The notes beneath the pieces are model-generated. The model was not told where the DNA came from and ran no database searches. It saw only the letters and a list, made by a program, of their open reading frames with translations. The position numbers and the translations under genes are program-made. A stretch of 64,000 bases of DNA from Akkermansiaceae bacterium. Lineage in GTDB: Bacteria; Verrucomicrobiota; Verrucomicrobiia; Verrucomicrobiales; Akkermansiaceae. The DNA is taken from NCBI GenBank assembly GCA_051251915.1, contig JBPOGF010000007.1, positions 32,001 to 96,000 of the forward strand. Direction: 5' to 3'. Numbering within the stretch: the first letter of the stretch is position 1; every line of letters begins with the position of its first letter. This document shows, in pieces, positions 59,542-64,000 of the stretch.

Positions 59542-60609
59542 TCAACGGGCGAACCATGAGTCTGAGACGACTTCGACTATCTCTACGCATTTATTAGACT
59601 GAGGTTGGCTGGGGAATGCTAACTTTAAAATCATGGGCGCAAAGGGTTTTGGTGAGGTGATTGTGAGATCATTTTCTATCAAATTATCAATCGCTAGAGT
59701 GCGTCTGATATTTAAATTGGTTATGCTGTTTTTCCTAGCATAAGCGATGAGGTATTTATTTGGCTCATTTCTGATATTAACGCGGTAGGCTTGGAAGGTG
59801 TTTTCATCACTGAACTGATAGAGGTATGGACCGGTGTTATTCTTGTCTCTGATTTCTACTCTAAAGGTGTGTGGTTCTATATTTTTGGTCTTCGTAAATA
59901 CATCCCAGTCGGCTCCTTGGTATACTACGTCTGTTTCCCAATCTATTCGGTAGCTGCCGTCTGTTTGCTTTTCCAATAATAGAGGTTTTGTTTCTATTGG
60001 GGGCTTGTTGTTTGTGGAGGCTGGCGTGCATCTAGCGTTCACTAGCTCCAATGATTTCCCGTTTATATGAATTTTGCTGACATTGAGATTTCCTGAGAGT
60101 TTGTATCTCTGGAAATGGTTGTTAGGTTTGTTATAGTGTTGTGTCATTTTGAAGAGGGTGACATCGGGGTTTCTGCACCAGATGACGCGCTCTTCTTTGT
60201 TGTGGGCTTCTAGGTAGCTTTTTACGCAGAGGTGGATAGCGGCTATGCGTTGTTTTTTATCTTTGGCGGATTTTAGTGCGGCAAGCTCTTGCTTGGCTAT
60301 TTCTTTGGCGCGTTGTTCCTTGATTAGTCTTTCTTTGCGTAGATTGAGAAATCCCCAGATGCCGGCTATGAGGAGGAGGGTGAGAAGGAGGATGGCGAAT
60401 CGCGCTACTTTGCTTTTGAGGAGGAATTCAATTTTTTGTTCGGACCACTGGTCTTCTAATTCTGGGAGTGGTTCTTGTTCCTCTAGATCTTTTTCTGAGA
60501 GGTCATCGGCTCGGAAGCCTTTGCCCATTTTGATGGTGTTACCTTGGTGGTCTTTTTTGCCTAGAACGTCTCGCTCTATTAGAGTGGGCTTGCTTTTGTG
60601 GCTATTCAT
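59542..60609 (-). CDS. Membrane-anchored hypothetical protein
   Basis: Single TM, coiled coil, periplasmic domain with YRIDWET and VVSDSW motifs. Confidence 0.75.
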   Translation of the reverse strand: MNSHKSKPTLIERDVLGKKDHQGNTIKMGKGFRADDLSEKDLEEQEPLPELEDQWSEQKIEFLLKSKVARFAILLLTLLLIAGIWGFLNLRKERLIKEQRAKEIAKQELAALKSAKDKKQRIAAIHLCVKSYLEAHNKEERVIWCRNPDVTLFKMTQHYNKPNNHFQRYKLSGNLNVSKIHINGKSLELVNARCTPASTNNKPPIETKPLLLEKQTDGSYRIDWETDVVYQGADWDVFTKTKNIEPHTFRVEIRDKNNTGPYLYQFSDENTFQAYRVNIRNEPNKYLIAYARKNSITNLNIRRTLAIDNLIENDLTITSPKPFAPMILKLAFPSQPQSNKCVEIVEVVSDSWFAR

Positions 60610-60850
60610 TATTCCAAGAATGGACGCGAGAGTGCGAGTACTATATAGTGGGGGTGAACACGTAGTTAGATGGCTCAGGTTGTTAGGGTGAGTGATTTAA
60701 CTAGGTGTGGAGCTCTGGGATGTAGTGATGGGGTGTTTTTTAGAGCTGATTTAGGGCGTGCTACTTTTAATAAACATAGGGCATGTTTATTAGGGGAGTG
60801 TTTGTTTGTTTCAGGAATCCTGATCTAGGGTTGTGGGAGGGGTGGGAGGC

Positions 60851-61312
60851 TTAGCCTCGTTTGACGAGGGTGCCGTAGGCGAAGATTTCTAGATCGTGGA
60901 TGACGCCGAAGATGCCGTGGCCTGCGGAGATGCGGTAGTCGAAGTGGCAGTTGATGACGGCGTCAGCACCTAGTAGTGCGCCGCGTTTCTTGAGTTTTCT
61001 CTGGACGCCTTCGAATGCTAGTGATGGGCTGGACTGGCTGAAGAATTTCTTACTGAGTGTGTCTAGAACGATGATGGTGTCGATAATCTCGTAATCAAAC
61101 GGTGGTGGGCCAGTGGTGATGATGACGTGGTTGTTGGGGTCCTCTTCAAGGTTAGGGACTTTCTCTAGGTGAATGTCTGGTTCGTGTTCTTCTTCAATGA
61201 ACTTCTCTACAAAGAATGTAGCACCGCATGTGATGCACTTGATGTCGCGTGCTATTTGGCGATCTTCGAGGATGTTTGATGATAAGCATTCAGGGCAATT
61301 AATTTCTAACAT
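60851..61312 (-). CDS. Zinc-ribbon + YbjQ-like (heavy-metal-binding) domain protein
   Basis: CPEC...CITC zinc ribbon; IITTG...GALLGADAVINCHFDY...IFAYGTLVK. Confidence 0.8.
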   Translation of the reverse strand: MLEINCPECLSSNILEDRQIARDIKCITCGATFFVEKFIEEEHEPDIHLEKVPNLEEDPNNHVIITTGPPPFDYEIIDTIIVLDTLSKKFFSQSSPSLAFEGVQRKLKKRGALLGADAVINCHFDYRISAGHGIFGVIHDLEIFAYGTLVKRG

Positions 61313-61407
61313 AGTGACTATATAGATAACGTAGTGGGGGTGTGAAAGGCAAGATAAAAGAGTGAGGGGTGGGTGGTATTTGGTTTTGTTTTGATGAGAA
61401 TTGGTTG

Positions 61408-61465
61408 TTCGACCGTTTTGGTGCCTTCGGCACGTCAGAGGTCATGGGTTGATTAGTCATTGGTC
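61408..61465 (+). repeat. 58 bp dispersed intergenic repeat, copy 2
   Basis: 54/58 identical to 29959-30016; GTGCC-TTC-GGCAC hairpin. Confidence 0.9.
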
Positions 61466-61599
61466 GTATTCTTTGGAGGCTGATGCTTGGGTGTTGGGTG
61501 GATAAGTGCTTGCGGGAGAAGAATAGGACTAATGATCACTGACTAGTAAGCTTTTGACGGAGCGTCGCTCCTCTGGGGTGGAGTGGCTATTGTTGGTGT

Positions 61600-61765
61600 T
61601 AAGGCTCATGGAGGAAAATACCCCCCCTAATCATTTGATCGTTTTTATCCCCAACTGCGTTTTCTCATTAGTCGAATAGCCTACTATACAAAATAAAGAG
61701 TAGCCTTGTTGGGAAGTAAAAAATCTCTTTATTCTTGGAGTTTTTATTTTCCTCCGCAGGTCTTA
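61600..61765. mobile_element. MITE-like palindromic element, ~166 bp
   Basis: Terminal IR TAAG......GGAGGAAAATA / TATTTTCCTCC......CTTA; inner CCAAC/GTTGG stem around CTGCGTT...GCCTTG. Confidence 0.55.
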
Positions 61766-61823
61766 GTGGAATTGTGTGGAGTTTGTGCTGTTCAATGTGG
61801 CTGGGTCATTGTTCATTGAGGTT

Positions 61824-62876
61824 ATGTTTACGGATCATTTAAGGGGGGCATCAAAGGGGCCGATTTTGGCGCTTGCTCCTATGCAGGATGTTACTGACTT
61901 GGCGTTTATGCGGGTGATGAGTGAGTATGGTGGGGGGCCGGATTATTTTGTGACGGAGTATTTTCGGGTGCATCCGGATAGTGCGCCGGAGAAGAAGATT
62001 TTGCGATCGATTACGCACAATGAGACGGGTCGGCCGATCTATGCGCAGATGATAGGGGTGGATGTGGGGAGTCTGGTGAGGACTTCTGAGATTCTGTTAG
62101 ATTATGATATTGCTGGGATGGATATTAATTTGGGGTGTCCTGCGCCTACTGTTTGTAGGAAGGATGCTGGGGGTGGGTTGTTGAGGAATCTGGATCAGGT
62201 GGATAGGATATTGGGGGCGATGCGTGAGGTGTGTAGTGCTAGGGGTAAGGAATTTACGGTGAAGACGCGGATAGGTTATGAGGATGCGGGGGAGTTTGAG
62301 AAGATTTTGGATGTTTTTGTTAAGCATGAGATTGATGCGTTGGCGATTCATGGGAGGACTGTTAGGGATAAATATCAGACGCCTGTTAGGGATGAGTTTG
62401 TGAAGGCGGCGGTGGAGCGGATGGGGTGTCCGGTGATGGCGAATGGGAATGTGGTGAATGTGGCTACGGGGCGGGCGTATCATGAGAAGACTGGGGCTGC
62501 GGGGTTAATGGTGGGGCGTGGGGCGATACGGAGTCCGTGGATATTCCAGCAGTTGAGGGCTAGCTATTCAGAAGGGGGTGAGGTGGTGGTGCCTAGTAGG
62601 AGGGATTTGCATCAGTATGTGACGTTGCTTTTTGCGGAGTTGGCTGTGGAGTGGGTGGGGTTTGATGAGGCGAAGCATGTGAATAAGATGAAGAAGTATA
62701 TGATTTATATTGCTCAGGGGTTGGATGAGGCGTTTGAGTATGAGATTAGGAGGGTGCGGAGTGAGAAGGATTTCTTTAGGGTTTGTGATCATTATTTGTT
62801 GAATGATGAGGTGTTGCCGGATTTGCCGCCGGAGAGATCTAAGTTGTTTTGTGGGTTTAAGGCGTTGTTGGATTAG
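61824..62876 (+). CDS. tRNA-dihydrouridine synthase family protein
   Basis: LAPMQDVTD, DINLGCPAP, GGGLL, TVKTRIG, IHGRT, ANGNV, MVGRGA; start moved to MFTDHL. Confidence 0.93.
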   Translation: MFTDHLRGASKGPILALAPMQDVTDLAFMRVMSEYGGGPDYFVTEYFRVHPDSAPEKKILRSITHNETGRPIYAQMIGVDVGSLVRTSEILLDYDIAGMDINLGCPAPTVCRKDAGGGLLRNLDQVDRILGAMREVCSARGKEFTVKTRIGYEDAGEFEKILDVFVKHEIDALAIHGRTVRDKYQTPVRDEFVKAAVERMGCPVMANGNVVNVATGRAYHEKTGAAGLMVGRGAIRSPWIFQQLRASYSEGGEVVVPSRRDLHQYVTLLFAELAVEWVGFDEAKHVNKMKKYMIYIAQGLDEAFEYEIRRVRSEKDFFRVCDHYLLNDEVLPDLPPERSKLFCGFKALLD

Positions 62877-62976
62877 AGTGGAGCAGTTTTGTTTGTTTTA
62901 TGAGAGTGGGTGAATTGCTGAACGGGGTGGTTTTTCTGTGGATTTGTGGGGGTTTTTGGCTAGGGTGATTTTTAGA

Positions 62977-63768
62977 ATGAGTAAGGTAATTATTAATGGG
63001 GTGCTGGTGGATGAGGTGGAGGCTAAGGTTTCGCTGTTAGATCGGAATGTGCAGCTTGGGCTGAATGTGTTTGAGACGATGACGGCGGTGGATGGTGAGG
63101 TGGATGGGTTTGAGTTGCATATGGTGCGGTTGCGGAGGGGGATGGATAGGTTGAAGGTTGAGGTTGATGGGGTTGAGCTGTTAGAAGGTTTTGTTAGGGA
63201 GGTTGTGGAGGCGAATTCTTTGATGGGGGTGGGAACTCGTGCGCGGGTGCGGATTACTGTGATGGATGGGGTTTGTATGGTTCAGGCAGAGGAGGCGCAG
63301 GTGAGGGCGGAGGTGTGTAGTGTGGTGGTGAGTGAGTATGTGCGGAATGAGCGGAGTGTGGTGGCGGGGGTGAAGTGTGGGTCTTATGCGGAGAATATTT
63401 TGGCGTTGAGAGAGGCTCAGCTGGCTGGTGCGGATGAGGTGGTGTTTTTGAATACGCGTGATGAGGTGGCGGAGACGGCGACGGCGAATATTTTTATTGT
63501 TAAGGATGGGGTGGTGGTTACGCCTGGGTTGGAGAGTGGTTGTTTGCCTGGGGTGACTCGGGAGTTGGTGATTCAGCGAGCGAGGTCTGCGGGGTTGAGG
63601 GTGGTGGAGGGAGTGATCTATTTGGAGGAGTTGTTAGATGCGGATGAGGTGTTTTTGACGAATGCTTCTATTGGGGTGCAGGCGGTGGATAGGATAGGGG
63701 GGCTGGAGGTAAGTTTTTGTCTTGGTGAGGTGACTGAGGCAGTGAGAAGGATAAAGGATAAAGGATAA
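62977..63768 (+). CDS. Class IV aminotransferase (branched-chain / 4-amino-4-deoxychorismate lyase-like)
   Basis: FETM, H..RL, K..SY, E...ANIF, CLPGVTR, ADEVFLTNA; start moved to MSKVII. Confidence 0.9.
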   Translation: MSKVIINGVLVDEVEAKVSLLDRNVQLGLNVFETMTAVDGEVDGFELHMVRLRRGMDRLKVEVDGVELLEGFVREVVEANSLMGVGTRARVRITVMDGVCMVQAEEAQVRAEVCSVVVSEYVRNERSVVAGVKCGSYAENILALREAQLAGADEVVFLNTRDEVAETATANIFIVKDGVVVTPGLESGCLPGVTRELVIQRARSAGLRVVEGVIYLEELLDADEVFLTNASIGVQAVDRIGGLEVSFCLGEVTEAVRRIKDKG

Positions 63769-63774
63769 AGGATA
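63747..63774 (+). repeat. Tandem heptamer (AAGGATA)x4
   Basis: Four perfect copies spanning the aminotransferase stop codon. Confidence 0.95.
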
Positions 63775-63781
63775 AAGATTT

Positions 63782-64000
63782 ATGGCTACTAATACTTATA
63801 CGGTGAAGATAGAGGCTAAGGATGTTTCTAAGTTGAGGGGGATCTGTGAGGAGCGTGGGTTTGAGTTTGGGGAGAAGCAGTGGGCGATTTGGCATGCGAA
63901 GAAGAAGGATTCTTCGGGAGTTTGTAATGTTACTGTTTATGAGAAGGGGCCGAAGGTGTTGGTGCAGGGGAAGGGGACGGAGGATTTTGTGAAGTTTATT
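63782..64000 (+). CDS. rnhC: Ribonuclease HIII, N-terminal part (runs off the window; not in the ORF track)
   Basis: Hand translation MATNTYTVKIEAKDVSKLRGICEERGFEFGEKQWAIWHAKKK...VTVYEKGPKVLVQGKGTEDFVKFI matches the RNase HIII TBP-like N-domain. Confidence 0.8.
   Translation, partial: MATNTYTVKIEAKDVSKLRGICEERGFEFGEKQWAIWHAKKKDSSGVCNVTVYEKGPKVLVQGKGTEDFVKFI

Overview
Gene-dense bacterial chromosome segment, most likely from a marine Verrucomicrobiota (Rubritalea-like). This is inferred from a TIGR02597-like protein, five PEP-CTERM genes, a DUF1552/DUF1592 pair, dapL and RNase HIII. It carries housekeeping genes (nagA, sucCD, dapL, moeB, adk, fmt, trkH, an LptF/G permease, fdhD, lpxD, a dus gene, partial rnhC), an initiator tRNA-Met and a BrnT/BrnA-like TA pair. 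The accessory loci of most interest are: (1) a ~10 kb minus-strand cluster next to the tRNA encoding an acidic lipoprotein, a PEP-CTERM protein, a small lipoprotein, a VKOR-DsbA-DUF1573 fusion, a divergent TolC/MFP/ABC exporter and a CPBP protease; (2) a giant DUF4132-type helical-repeat protein coupled to a small protein that looks ubiquitin/MoaD-like; (3) a dedicated VIT-vWA-PEP-CTERM / exosortase / EpsI-like operon. Non-coding observations include two diverged ~160 bp MITE-like palindromic elements with the same internal motifs, a 58 bp dispersed repeat, heptamer repeats, several perfect palindromes and a very strong G-over-C strand skew. I saw no CRISPR array, rRNA, transposase or integrase. 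All family calls come from recognising motifs by eye; no database search was run. Several start codons were moved downstream from the ORF track.
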